A stretch of DNA of 64,000 nt from Auanema rhodensis (taxonomy: Eukaryota; Animalia; Nematoda): assembly GCA_964057225.1 (NCBI GenBank), contig OZ059897.1, forward strand, positions 4,960,001-5,024,000, in the 5' to 3' direction. Below the pieces are notes generated by a model. That model saw only the letters and a program-made list of their open reading frames with translations. It was not told where the DNA came from and made no database searches. Of the stretch, positions 43,701-57,800 are shown in pieces. Each line of letters begins with the position of its first letter. The first letter of the stretch is position 1. Both the position numbers and the translations under genes were made by a program.

Positions 43701-44861
43701 TTAGCATAAATTAAAGTTCACGTAAATTTCAAAGTCATGGTTACCATGCACCAATATCAATAAAAATTTGTTTTTAGACTAATATGCACATGGGGAATCC
43801 AATTTCAAAAACCGCATCTCTTTATCTTTCACGTGAAGTGAGTTACATACCAAGTGCACAGCACGTGTACATTTAATTAGCATAAATTAAAGTTCACGTA
43901 AATTTCAAAGTCATGGTTACCATGCACTAATATCAATAAAAATTTGTTTTTAGACTAATATGGACATGGGGAATCTAATTTTGAAAACCGCATCTCTTTA
44001 TCTTTCACGTGAAGCGAGTTACATACCAAGCGCACATCACGTGTACATTTAATTAGCATAAATTAAAGTTCACGTAAATTTCAAAGTCATGGTTACCATG
44101 CACCAATATCAATAAAAATTTGTTTTTAGACTAATATGCACATGGGGAATCTAATTTTAAAAACCGCATCTCTTTATCTTTCACGTGAAGTGAGTTACAT
44201 ACCAAGTGCACAGCACGTGTACATTTAATTAGCATAAATTAAAGTTCACGTAAATTTCAAAGTCATGGTTACCATGCACTAATATCAATAAAAATTTGTT
44301 TTTAGACTAATATGGACATGGGGAATCTAATTTTGAAAACCGCATCTCTTTATCTTTCACGTGAAGCAAGTTACATACCAAGTGCATATCACGTGCACAT
44401 TTAATTAGCATAAATTAAAGTTCACGTAAATTTCAAACTCATGGTTACCATGCACCAATATCAATAAAAATTTGTTTTTAGACTAATATGGACATGGGGA
44501 ATCTAATTTTGAAAACCGCATCTCTTTATCTTTCACGTGAAGTGAGTTACATACCAAGTGCACATCACGTGTACATTTAATTAGCATAAATTAAAGTTCA
44601 CGTAAATTTCAAAGTCATGGTTACCATGCACCAATATCAATAAAAATTTGTTTTTAGACTAATATGGACATGGGGAATCTAATTTTGAAAACCGCATCTC
44701 TTTATCTTTCACGTGAAGCAAGTTACATACCAAGTGCATAGCACGTGTACATTTAATTAGCATAAATTAAAGTTCACGTAAATTTCAAAGTCATGGTTAC
44801 CATGCACCAATATCAATAAAAATTTGTTTTTAGACTAATATGGACATGGGGAATCTAATTG

Positions 44862-47800
44862 TGAAAACCGCATCTCTTTATCTTTCACGTGAAGCGAGTT
44901 ACATACCAAGTGCACATCACGTGTACATTTAATTAACATAAATTAAAGTTCACGTAAATTTCAAACTCATGGTTACCATGCACCAATATCAATAAAAATT
45001 TGTTTTTAGACTAATATGGACATGGGGAATCTAATTTTGAAAACCACATCTCTTTATCTTTCACGTGAAGTGGGTTACATACCAAGTGCACATCACGTGT
45101 ACATTTAATTAGCATAAATTAAAGTTCACGTAAATTTCAAAGTCATGGTTACCATGCACCAATATCAATAACAATTTGTTTTTAGACTAATATGGACATG
45201 GGGAATCTAATTTTAAAAACCGCATCTCTTTATCTTTCACGTGAAGCAAGTTACATACCAAGTGCACAGCACGTGTACATTTAATTAGCATAAATTAAAG
45301 TTCACGTAAATTTCAAAGTCATGGTTACCATGCACCAATATCAATAAAAATTTATTTTTAGACTAATATGGACATGGGGAATCTAATTTTGAAAACCGCA
45401 TCTCTTTATCTTTCACGTGAAGTGGGTTACATACCAAGTGCACATCACGTGTACATTTAATTAGCATAAATTAAAGTTAACGTAAATTTCAAAGTCATGG
45501 TTACCATGCACCAATATCAATAAAAATTTGTATTTAGACTAATATGGACATGGGGAATCTAATTTTGAAAACCGCATCTCTTTATCTTTCACGTGAAGTG
45601 GGTTACATACCAAGTGCACATCACGTGTACATTTAATTAGCATAAATTAAAGTTAACGTAAATTTCAAAGTCATGGTTACCATGCACCAATATCAATAAA
45701 AATTTGTATTTAGACTAATATGGACATGGGGAATCTAATTTTGAAAACCGCATCTCTTTATCTTTCACGTGAAGCGAGTTACATACCAAGTGCACATCAC
45801 GTGTACATTTAATTAGCATAAATTAAAGTTCACGTAAATTTCAAAGTCATGGTTACCATGCACTAATATCAATAAAAATTTGTTTTTAGACTAATATGGA
45901 CATGGGGAATCTAATTTTGAAAACCGCATCTCTTTATCTTTCACGTGAAGCAAGTTACATACCAAGTGCATATCACGTGCACATTTAATTAGCATAAATT
46001 AAAGTTCACGTAAATTTCAAACTCATGGTTACCATGCACCAATATCAATAAAAATTTGTTTTTAGACTAATATGGACATGGGGAATCTAATTTTGAAAAC
46101 CGCATCTCTTTATCTTTCACGTGAAGTGAGTTACATACCAAGTGCACATCACGTGTACATTTAATTAGCATAAATTAAAGTTCACGTAAATTTCAAAGTC
46201 ATGGTTACCATGCACTAATATCAATAAAAAAAATTTGTTTTTAGACTAATATGGACATGGGGAATCTAATTTTGAAAACCGCATCTCTTTATCTTTCACG
46301 TGAAGTGAGTTACATACCAAGTGCATATCACGTGCACATTTAATTAGCATAAATTAAAGTTCACGTAAATTTCAAACTCATGGTTACCATGCACCAATAT
46401 CAATAAAAATTTGTTTTTAGACTAATATGCACATGGGGAATCTAATTTTAAAAACCGCATCTCTTTATCTTTCACGTGAAGTGAGTTACATACCAAGTGT
46501 ACAGCACGTGTACATTTAATTAGCATAAATTAAAGTTCACGTAAATTTCAAAGTCATGGTTACCATGCACTAATATCAATAAAAAAAATTTGTTTTTAGA
46601 CTAATATGGACATGGGGAATCTAATTTTGAAAACCGCATCTCTTTATCTTTCACGTGAAGCAAGTTACATACCAAGTGCACATCACGTGCACATTTAATT
46701 TGCATAAATTAAAGTTCACGTAAATTTCAAACTCATGGTTACCATGCACCAATATCAATAAAAATTTGTTTTTAGACTAATATGGACATGGGGAATCTAA
46801 TTTTGAAAACCACATCTCTTTATCTTTCACGTGAAGTGGGTTACATACCAAGTGCACATCACGTGTACATTTAATTAGCATAAATTAAAGTTCACGTAAA
46901 TTTCAAAGTCATGGTTACCATGCACCAATATCAATAACAATTTGTTTTTAGACTAATATGGACATGGGGAATCTAATTTTAAAAACCGCATCTCTTTATC
47001 TTTCACGTGAAGCAAGTTACATACCAAGTGCACAGCACGTGTACATTTAATTAGCATAAATTAAAGTTCACGTAAATTTCAAAGTCATGGTTACCATGCA
47101 CCAATATCAATAAAAATTTATTTTTAGACTAATATGGACATGGGGAATCTAATTTTGAAAACCGCATCTCTTTATCTTTCACGTGAAGTGGGTTACATAC
47201 CAAGTGCACATCACGTGTACATTTAATTAGCATAAATTAAAGTTAACGTAAATTTCAAAGTCATGGTTACCATGCACCAATATCAATAAAAATTTGTATT
47301 TAGACTAATATGGACATGGGGAATCTAATTTTGAAAACCGCATCTCTTTATCTTTCACGTGAAGCGAGTTACATACCAAGTGCACATCACGTGTACATTT
47401 AATTAGCATAAATTAAAGTTCACGTAAATTTCAAAGTCATGGTTACCATGCACCAATATCAATAAAAATTTGTTTTTAGACTAATATGGACATGGGGAAT
47501 CTAATATTGAAAACCGCATCTCTTTATCTTTCACGTGAAGCAAGTTACATCCCAAGTGCACATCACGTGTACATTTAATTAGCATAAATTAAAGTTCACG
47601 TAAATTTCAAAGTCATGGTTACCATGCACCAATATCAATAAAAATTTGTTTTTAGACTAATATGGATATGGGGAATCTAATTTTGAAAACCGCATCTCTT
47701 TATCTTTCACGTGAAGCGAGTTACATACCAAGTGCACATCACGTGTACATTTAATTAACATAAATTAAAGTTCACGTAAATTTCAAACTCATGGTTACCA

Positions 47801-50568
47801 TGCACCAATATCAATAAAAATTTGTTTTTAGACTAATATGGACATGGGGAATCTAATTTTGAAAACCACATCTCTTTATCTTTCACGTGAAGTGGGTTAC
47901 ATACCAAGTGCACATCACGTGTACATTTAATTAGCATAAATTAAAGTTCACGTAAATTTCAAAGTCATGGTTACCATGCACCAATATCAATAACAATTTG
48001 TTTTTAGACTAATATGGACATGGGGAATCTAATTTTAAAAACCGCATCTCTTTATCTTTCACGTGAAGCAAGTTACATACCAAGTGCACAGCACGTGTAC
48101 ATTTAATTAGCATAAATTAAAGTTCACGTAAATTTCAAAGTCATGGTTACCATGCACCAATATCAATAAAAATTTATTTTTAGACTAATATGGACATGGG
48201 GAATCTAATTTTGAAAACCGCATCTCTTTATCTTTCACGTGAAGTGGGTTACATACCAAGTGCACATCACGTGTACATTTAATTAGCATAAATTAAAGTT
48301 AACGTAAATTTCAAAGTCATGGTTACCATGCACCAATATCAATAAAAATTTGTATTTAGACTAATATGGACATGGGGAATCTAATTTTGAAAACCGCATC
48401 TCTTTATCTTTCACGTGAAGTGGGTTACATACCAAGTGCACATCACGTGTACATTTAATTAGCATAAATTAAAGTTAACGTAAATTTCAAAGTCATGGTT
48501 ACCATGCACCAATATCAATAAAAATTTGTATTTAGACTAATATGGACATGGGGAATCTAATTTTGAAAACCGCATCTCTTTATCTTTCACGTGAAGCGAG
48601 TTACATACCAAGTGCACATCACGTGTACATTTAATTAGCATAAATTAAAGTTCACGTAAATTTCAAAGTCATGGTTACCATGCACTAATATCAATAAAAA
48701 TTTGTTTTTAGACTAATATGGACATGGGGAATCTAATTTTGAAAACCGCATCTCTTTATCTTTCACGTGAAGCAAGTTACATACCAAGTGCATATCACGT
48801 GCACATTTAATTAGCATAAATTAAAGTTCACGTAAATTTCAAACTCATGGTTACCATGCACCAATATCAATAAAAATTTGTTTTTAGACTAATATGGACA
48901 TGGGGAATCTAATTTTGAAAACCGCATCTCTTTATCTTTCACGTGAAGTGAGTTACATACCAAGTGCACATCACGTGTACATTTAATTAGCATAAATTAA
49001 AGTTCACGTAAATTTCAAAGTCATGGTTACCATGCACTAATATCAATAAAAAAAATTTGTTTTTAGACTAATATGGACATGGGGAATCTAATTTTGAAAA
49101 CCGCATCTCTTTATCTTTCACGTGAAGTGAGTTACATACCAAGTGCATATCACGTGCACATTTAATTAGCATAAATTAAAGTTCACGTAAATTTCAAACT
49201 CATGGTTACCATGCACCAATATCAATAAAAATTTGTTTTTAGACTAATATGCACATGGGGAATCTAATTTTAAAAACCGCATCTCTTTATCTTTCACGTG
49301 AAGTGAGTTACATACCAAGTGTACAGCACGTGTACATTTAATTAGCATAAATTAAAGTTCACGTAAATTTCAAAGTCATGGTTACCATGCACTAATATCA
49401 ATAAAAAAAATTTGTTTTTAGACTAATATGGACATGGGGAATCTAATTTTGAAAACCGCATCTCTTTATCTTTCACGTGAAGCAAGTTACATACCAAGTG
49501 CACATCACGTGCACATTTAATTTGCATAAATTAAAGTTCACGTAAATTTCAAACTCATGGTTACCATGCACCAATATCAATAAAAATTTGTTTTTAGACT
49601 AATATGGACATGGGGAATCTAATTTTGAAAACCACATCTCTTTATCTTTCACGTGAAGTGGGTTACATACCAAGTGCACATCACGTGTACATTTAATTAG
49701 CATAAATTAAAGTTCACGTAAATTTCAAAGTCATGGTTACCATGCACCAATATCAATAACAATTTGTTTTTAGACTAATATGGACATGGGGAATCTAATT
49801 TTAAAAACCGCATCTCTTTATCTTTCACGTGAAGCAAGTTACATACCAAGTGCACAGCACGTGTACATTTAATTAGCATAAATTAAAGTTCACGTAAATT
49901 TCAAAGTCATGGTTACCATGCACCAATATCAATAAAAATTTATTTTTAGACTAATATGGACATGGGGAATCTAATTTTGAAAACCGCATCTCTTTATCTT
50001 TCACGTGAAGTGGGTTACATACCAAGTGCACATCACGTGTACATTTAATTAGCATAAATTAAAGTTAACGTAAATTTCAAAGTCATGGTTACCATGCACC
50101 AATATCAATAAAAATTTGTATTTAGACTAATATGGACATGGGGAATCTAATTTTGAAAACCGCATCTCTTTATCTTTCACGTGAAGCGAGTTACATACCA
50201 AGTGCACATCACGTGTACATTTAATTAGCATAAATTAAAGTTCACGTAAATTTCAAAGTCATGGTTACCATGCACCAATATCAATAAAAATTTGTTTTTA
50301 GACTAATATGGACATGGGGAATCTAATATTGAAAACCGCATCTCTTTATCTTTCACGTGAAGCAAGTTACATCCCAAGTGCACATCACGTGTACATTTAA
50401 TTAGCATAAATTAAAGTTCACGTAAATTTCAAAGTCATGGTTACCATGCACCAATATCAATAAAAATTTGTTTTTAGACTAATATGGATATGGGGAATCT
50501 AATTTTGAAAACCGCATCTCTTTATCTTTCACGTGAAGCGAGTTACATACCAAGTGCACATCACGTGT
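44862..50568. repeat. Tandem duplication of a 16-monomer (2822-bp) block including two 179-bp monomers
   Basis: A8 tracts lie at 46226/49048 and 46581/49403 (+2822 = 16x176+6). The tttatttt, tgtattt and aatttgcat variants recur at the same offset. The junction monomer at 47657 is chimeric. Confidence 0.9.
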
Positions 50569-52238
50569 GCATTTAATTAGCATAAATTAAAGTTCACGTA
50601 AATTTCAAAATCATGGTTACCATGCACCAATATCAATAAAAATTTGTTTCTAGACTAATATGCACATGGTGAATCTAATTTTAAAAACCGCATCTCTTTA
50701 TCTTTCACGTGAAGTGAGTTACATACCAAGTGCACAGCACGTGTACATTTAATTAGCATAAATTAAAGTTCACGTAAATTTCAAAGTCATGGTTACCATG
50801 CATTAATATCAATAAAAATTTGTTTTTAGACTAATATGGACATGGGGAATCTAATTTTGATAACCGCATCTCTTTATCTTTCACGTGAAGCAAGTTACAT
50901 ACCAAGTGCACATCACGTGCACATTTAATTAGCATAAATTAAAGTTCACGTAAATTTCAAAGTCATGGTTACCATGCACCAATATCAATAAAAATTTGTT
51001 TTTAGACTAATATGGACATGGGGAATCTAATTTTGAAAACCGCATCTCTTTATCTTTCACGTGAAGCGAGTTACATACCAAGTGCACATCACGTGTACAT
51101 TTAATTAGCATAAATTGAAGTTCACGTAAATTTCAAAGTCATGGTTACCATGCACCAATATCAATAAAAATTTGTTTTTAGACTAATATGGACATGGGGA
51201 ATCTAATTTTGAAAACCGCGTCTCTTTATCTTTCACGTGAAGCGAGTTACATACCAAGTGCACATCACGTGTACATTTAATTAGCATAAATTAAAGTTCA
51301 CGTAAATTTCAAAGTCATGGTTACCATGCACCAATATCAATAAAAATTTGTTTTTAGACTAATATGGACATGGGGAATCTAATTGTGAAAACCGCATCTC
51401 TTTATCTTTCACGTGAAGCGAGTTACATACCAAGTGCACATCACGTGTACATTTAATTAACATAAATTAAAGTTCACGTAAATTTCAAAGTCATGGTTAC
51501 CATGCACCAATATCAATAAAAATTTGTTTTTAGACTAATATGGACATGGGGAATCTAATTTTGAAAACCGCATCTCTTTATCTTTCACGTGAAGCGAGTT
51601 ACATACCAAGTGCACAGCACGTGTACATTTAATTAGCATAAATTAAAGTTCACGTAAATTTCAAAGTCATGGTTACCATGCACCAATATCAATAAAAATT
51701 TGTTTTTAGACTAATATGGACATGGGGAATCTAATTTTGAAAACCGCATCTCTTTATCTTTCACGTGAAGCGAGTTACATACCAAGTGCACATCACGTGT
51801 ACATTTAATTAGCATAAATTAAAGTTCACGTAAATTTCAAAGTCATGGTTACCATGCACCAATATCAATAAAAATTTGTTTTTAGACTAATATGGACATG
51901 GGGAATCTAATTTTGAAAACCGCATCTCTTTATCTTTCACGTGAAGTGAGTTACATACCAAGTGTACATCACGTGCACATTTAATTAGCATAAATTAAAG
52001 TTCACGTAAATTTCAAAGTCATGGTTACCATGCACCAATATCAATAAAAATTTGTTTTTGGACTAATATGGACATGGGGAATCTAATATTGAAAACCGCA
52101 TCTCTTTATCTTTCACGTGAAGCAAGTTACATACCAAGTGCACATCACGTGTACATTTAATTAGCATAAATTAAAGTTCACGTAAATTTCAAAGTCATGG
52201 TTACCATGCATTAATATCAATAAAAATTTGTTTTTAGA

Positions 52239-54702
52239 CTAATATGGACATGGGGAATCTAATTTTGAAAACCGCATCTCTTTATCTTTCACGTGAAGCA
52301 AGTTACGAACCAAGTGCACATCACGTGTACATTTAATTAGCATAAATTAAGGTTCACGTAAATTTCAAAGTCATGGTTACCATGCACCAATATCAATAAA
52401 AATTTGTTTTTAGACTAATATGCACATGGGGAATCTAATTTTAAAAACCGCATCTCTTTATCTTTCACGTGAAGTGAGTTACATACCAAGTGCACAGCAC
52501 GTGTACATTTAATTAGCATAAATTAAAGTTCACGTAAATTTCAAAGTCATGGTTACCATGCACTAATATCAATAAAAATTTGTTTTTAGACTAATATGAA
52601 CATGGGGAATCTAATTTTGAAAACCGCATCTCTTTATCTTTCACGTGAAGCAAGTTACATACCAAGTGCATATCACGTGCACATTTAATTAGCATAAATT
52701 AAAGTTCACGTAAATTTCAAACTCATGGTTACCATGCACCAATATCAATAAAAATTTGTTTTTAGACTAATATGGACATGGGGAATCTAATTTTGAAAAC
52801 CGCATCTCTTTATCTTTCACGTGAAGTGAGTTACATACCAAGTGCACATCACGTGTACATTTAATTAGCATAAATTAAAGTTCACGTAAATTTCAAAGTC
52901 ATGGTTACCATGCACCAATATCAATAAAAATTTGTTTTTAGACTAATATGGACATGGGGAATCTAATTTTAAAAACCGCATCTCTTTATCTTTCACGTGA
53001 AGCAAGTTACATACCAAGTGCATAGCACGTGTACATTTAATTAGCATAAATTAAAGTTCACGTAAATTTCAAAGTCATGGTTACCATGCACCAATATCAA
53101 TAAAAATTTGTTTTTAGACTAATATGGACATGGGGAATCTAATTGTGAAAACCGCATCTCTTTATCTTTCACGTGAAGCGAGTTACATACCAAGTGCACA
53201 TCACGTGTACATTTAATTAGCATAAATTAAAGTTCACGTAAATTTCAAAGTCATGGTTACCATGCACCAATATCAATAAAAATTTGTTTTTAGACTAATA
53301 TGGACATGGGGAATCTAATTTTAAAAACCGCATCTCTTTATCTTTCACGTGAAGTGAGTTACATACCAAGTGCACATCACGTGTACATTTAATTAGCATA
53401 AATTAAAGTTCACGTAAATTTCAAAGTCATGGTTACCATGCATTAATATCAATAAAAATTTGTTTTTAGACTAATATGGACATGGGGAATCTAATTTTGA
53501 AAACCGCATCTCTTTATCTTTCACGTGAAGCAAGTTACGAACCAAGTGCACATCACGTGTACATTTAATTAGCATAAATTAAGGTTCACGTAAATTTCAA
53601 AGTCATGGTTACCATGCACCAATATCAATAAAAATTTGTTTTTAGACTAATATGCACATGGGGAATCTAATTTTAAAAACCGCATCTCTTTATCTTTCAC
53701 GTGAAGTGAGTTACATACCAAGTGCACAGCACGTGTACATTTAATTAGCATAAATTAAAGTTCACGTAAATTTCAAAGTCATGGTTACCATGCACTAATA
53801 TCAATAAAAATTTGTTTTTAGACTAATATGAACATGGGGAATCTAATTTTGAAAACCGCATCTCTTTATCTTTCACGTGAAGCAAGTTACATACCAAGTG
53901 CATATCACGTGCACATTTAATTAGCATAAATTAAAGTTCACGTAAATTTCAAACTCATGGTTACCATGCACCAATATCAATAAAAATTTGTTTTTAGACT
54001 AATATGGACATGGGGAATCTAATTTTGAAAACCGCATCTCTTTATCTTTCACGTGAAGTGAGTTACATACCAAGTGCACATCACGTGTACATTTAATTAG
54101 CATAAATTAAAGTTCACGTAAATTTCAAAGTCATGGTTACCATGCACCAATATCAATAAAAATTTGTTTTTAGACTAATATGGACATGGGGAATCTAATT
54201 TTAAAAACCGCATCTCTTTATCTTTCACGTGAAGCAAGTTACATACCAAGTGCATAGCACGTGTACATTTAATTAGCATAAATTAAAGTTCACGTAAATT
54301 TCAAAGTCATGGTTACCATGCACCAATATCAATAAAAATTTGTTTTTAGACTAATATGGACATGGGGAATCTAATTGTGAAAACCGCATCTCTTTATCTT
54401 TCACGTGAAGCGAGTTACATACCAAGTGCACATCACGTGTACATTTAATTAGCATAAATTAAAGTTCACGTAAATTTCAAAGTCATGGTTACCATGCACC
54501 AATATCAATAAAAATTTGTTTTTAGACTAATATGGACATGGGGAATCTAATTTTAAAAACCGCATCTCTTTATCTTTCACGTGAAGTGAGTTACATACCA
54601 AGTGCACAGCACGTGTACATTTAATTAGCATAAATTAAAGTTCACGTAAATTTCAAAGTCATGGTTACCATGCACCAATATCAATAAAAATTTGTTTTTA
54701 GA
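52239..54702. repeat. 7-monomer (1232-bp) tandem duplication
   Basis: Private atgaacatg monomers start at 52591 and 53823; acgaacc+aaggtt monomers start at 52239 and 53471. Confidence 0.85.
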
Positions 54703-54878
54703 CTAATATGGACATGGGGAATCTAATTTTGAAAACCGCATCTCTTTATCTTTCACGTGAAGCGAGTTACATACCAAGTGCACATCACGTGTACATTTAA
54801 TTAGCATAAATTAAAGTTCACGTAAATTTCAAAGTCATGGTTACCATGCACCAATATCAATAAAAATTTGTTTTTAGA

Positions 54879-57800
54879 CTAATATGGACATGGGGAATCT
54901 AATTTTGAAAACCGCATCTCTTTATCTTTCACGTGAAGTGAGTTACATACCAAGTGTACATCACGTGCACATTTAATTAGCATAAATTAAAGTTCACGTA
55001 AATTTCAAAGTCATGGTTACCATGCACCAATATCAATAAAAATTTGTTTTTGGACTAATATGGACATGGGGAATCTAATATTGAAAACCGCATCTCTTTA
55101 TCTTTCACGTGAAGCAAGTTACATACTAAGTGCACATCACGTGTACATTTAATTAGCATAAATTAAAGTTCACGTAAATTTCAAAGTCATGGTTACCATG
55201 CATTAATATCAATAAAAATTTGTTTTTAGACTAATATGGACATGGGGAATCTAGTTTTGAAAACCGCATCTCTTTATCTTTCACGTGAAGCAAGTTACGA
55301 ACCAAGTGCACATCACGTGTACATTTAATTAGCATAAATTAAGGTTCACGTAAATTTCAAAGTCATGGTTACCATGCACCAATATCAATAAAAATTTGTT
55401 TTTAGACTAATATGCACATGGGGAATCTAATTTTAAAAACCGCATCTCTTTATCTTTCACGTGAAGTGAGTTACATACCAAGTGCACAGCACGTGTACAT
55501 TTAATTAGCATAAATTAAAGTTCACGTAAATTTCAAAGTCATGGTTACCATGCACCAATATCAATAAAAATTTGTTTTTAGACTAATATGGACATGGGGA
55601 ATCTAATTTTGAAAACCGCATCTCTTTATCTTTCACGTGAAGTGAGTTACATACCAAGTGCACATCACGTGTACATTTAATTAGCATAAATTAAAGTTCA
55701 CGTAAATTTCAAAGTCATGGTTACCATGCACCAATATCAATAAAAATTTGTTTTTAGACTAATATGGACATGGGGAATCTAATTTTAAAAACCGCATCTC
55801 TTTATCTTTCACGTGAAGCAAGTTACATACCAAGTGCATAGCACGTGTACATTTAATTAGCATAAATTAAAGTTCACGTAAATTTCAAAGTCATGGTTAC
55901 CATGCACCAATATCAATAAAAATTTGTTTTTAGACTAATATGGACATGGGGAATCTAATTTTGAAAACCGCATCTCTTTATCTTTCACGTGAAGCAAGTT
56001 ACATACCAAGTGCATAGCACGTGTACATTTAATTAGCATAAATTAAGGTTCACGTAAATTTCAAAGTCATGGTTACCATGCACCAATATCAATAAAAATT
56101 TGTTTTTAGACTAATATGGACATGGGGAATCTAATTTTGAAAACCGCATCTCTTTATCTTTCACGTGAAGTGAGTTACATACCAAGTGCACATCACGTGT
56201 ACATTTAATTAGCATAAATTAAAGTTCACGTAAATTTCAAAGTCATGGTTACCATGCACCAATATCAATAAAAATTTGTTTTTAGACTAATATGGACATG
56301 GGGAATCTAATTTTGAAAACCGCATCTCTTTATCTTTCACGTGAAGCGAGTTACATACCAAGTGCACATCACGTGTACATTTAATTAGCATAAATTAAAG
56401 TTCACGTAAATTTCAAAGTCATGGTTACCATGCACCAATATCAATAAAAATTTGTTTTTAGACTAATATGGACATGGGGAATCTAATTTTGAAAACCGCA
56501 TCTCTTTATCTTTCACGTGAAGTGAGTTACATACCAAGTGTACATCACGTGCACATTTAATTAGCATAAATTAAAGTTCACGTAAATTTCAAAGTCATGG
56601 TTACCATGCACCAATATCAATAAAAATTTGTTTTTGGACTAATATGGACATGGGGAATCTAATATTGAAAACCGCATCTCTTTATCTTTCACGTGAAGCA
56701 AGTTACATACTAAGTGCACATCACGTGTACATTTAATTAGCATAAATTAAAGTTCACGTAAATTTCAAAGTCATGGTTACCATGCATTAATATCAATAAA
56801 AATTTGTTTTTAGACTAATATGGACATGGGGAATCTAATTTTGAAAACCGCATCTCTTTATCTTTCACGTGAAGCAAGTTACGAACCAAGTGCACATCAC
56901 GTGTACATTTAATTAGCATAAATTAAGGTTCACGTAAATTTCAAAGTCATGGTTACCATGCACCAATATCAATAAAAATTTGTTTTTAGACTAATATGCA
57001 CATGGGGAATCTAATTTTAAAAACCGCATCTCTTTATCTTTCACGTGAAGTGAGTTACATACCAAGTGCACAGCACGTGTACATTTAATTAGCATAAATT
57101 AAAGTTCACGTAAATTTCAAAGTCATGGTTACCATGCACCAATATCAATAAAAATTTGTTTTTAGACTAATATGGACATGGGGAATCTAATTTTGAAAAC
57201 CGCATCTCTTTATCTTTCACGTGAAGTGAGTTACATACCAAGTGCACATCACGTGTACATTTAATTAGCATAAATTAAAGTTCACGTAAATTTCAAAGTC
57301 ATGGTTACCATGCACCAATATCAATAAAAATTTGTTTTTAGACTAATATGGACATGGGGAATCTAATTTTAAAAACCGCATCTCTTTATCTTTCACGTGA
57401 AGCAAGTTACATACCAAGTGCATAGCACGTGTACATTTAATTAGCATAAATTAAAGTTCACGTAAATTTCAAAGTCATGGTTACCATGCACCAATATCAA
57501 TAAAAATTTGTTTTTAGACTAATATGGACATGGGGAATCTAATTGTGAAAACCGCATCTCTTTATCTTTCACGTGAAGCGAGTTACATACCAAGTGCACA
57601 TCACGTGTACATTTAATTAGCATAAATTAAAGTTCACGTAAATTTCAAAGTCATGGTTACCATGCACCAATATCAATAAAAATTTGTTTTTAGACTAATA
57701 TGGACATGGGGAATCTAATTTTAAAAACCGCATCTCTTTATCTTTCACGTGAAGTGAGTTACATACCAAGTGCACAGCACGTGTACATTTAATTAGCATA

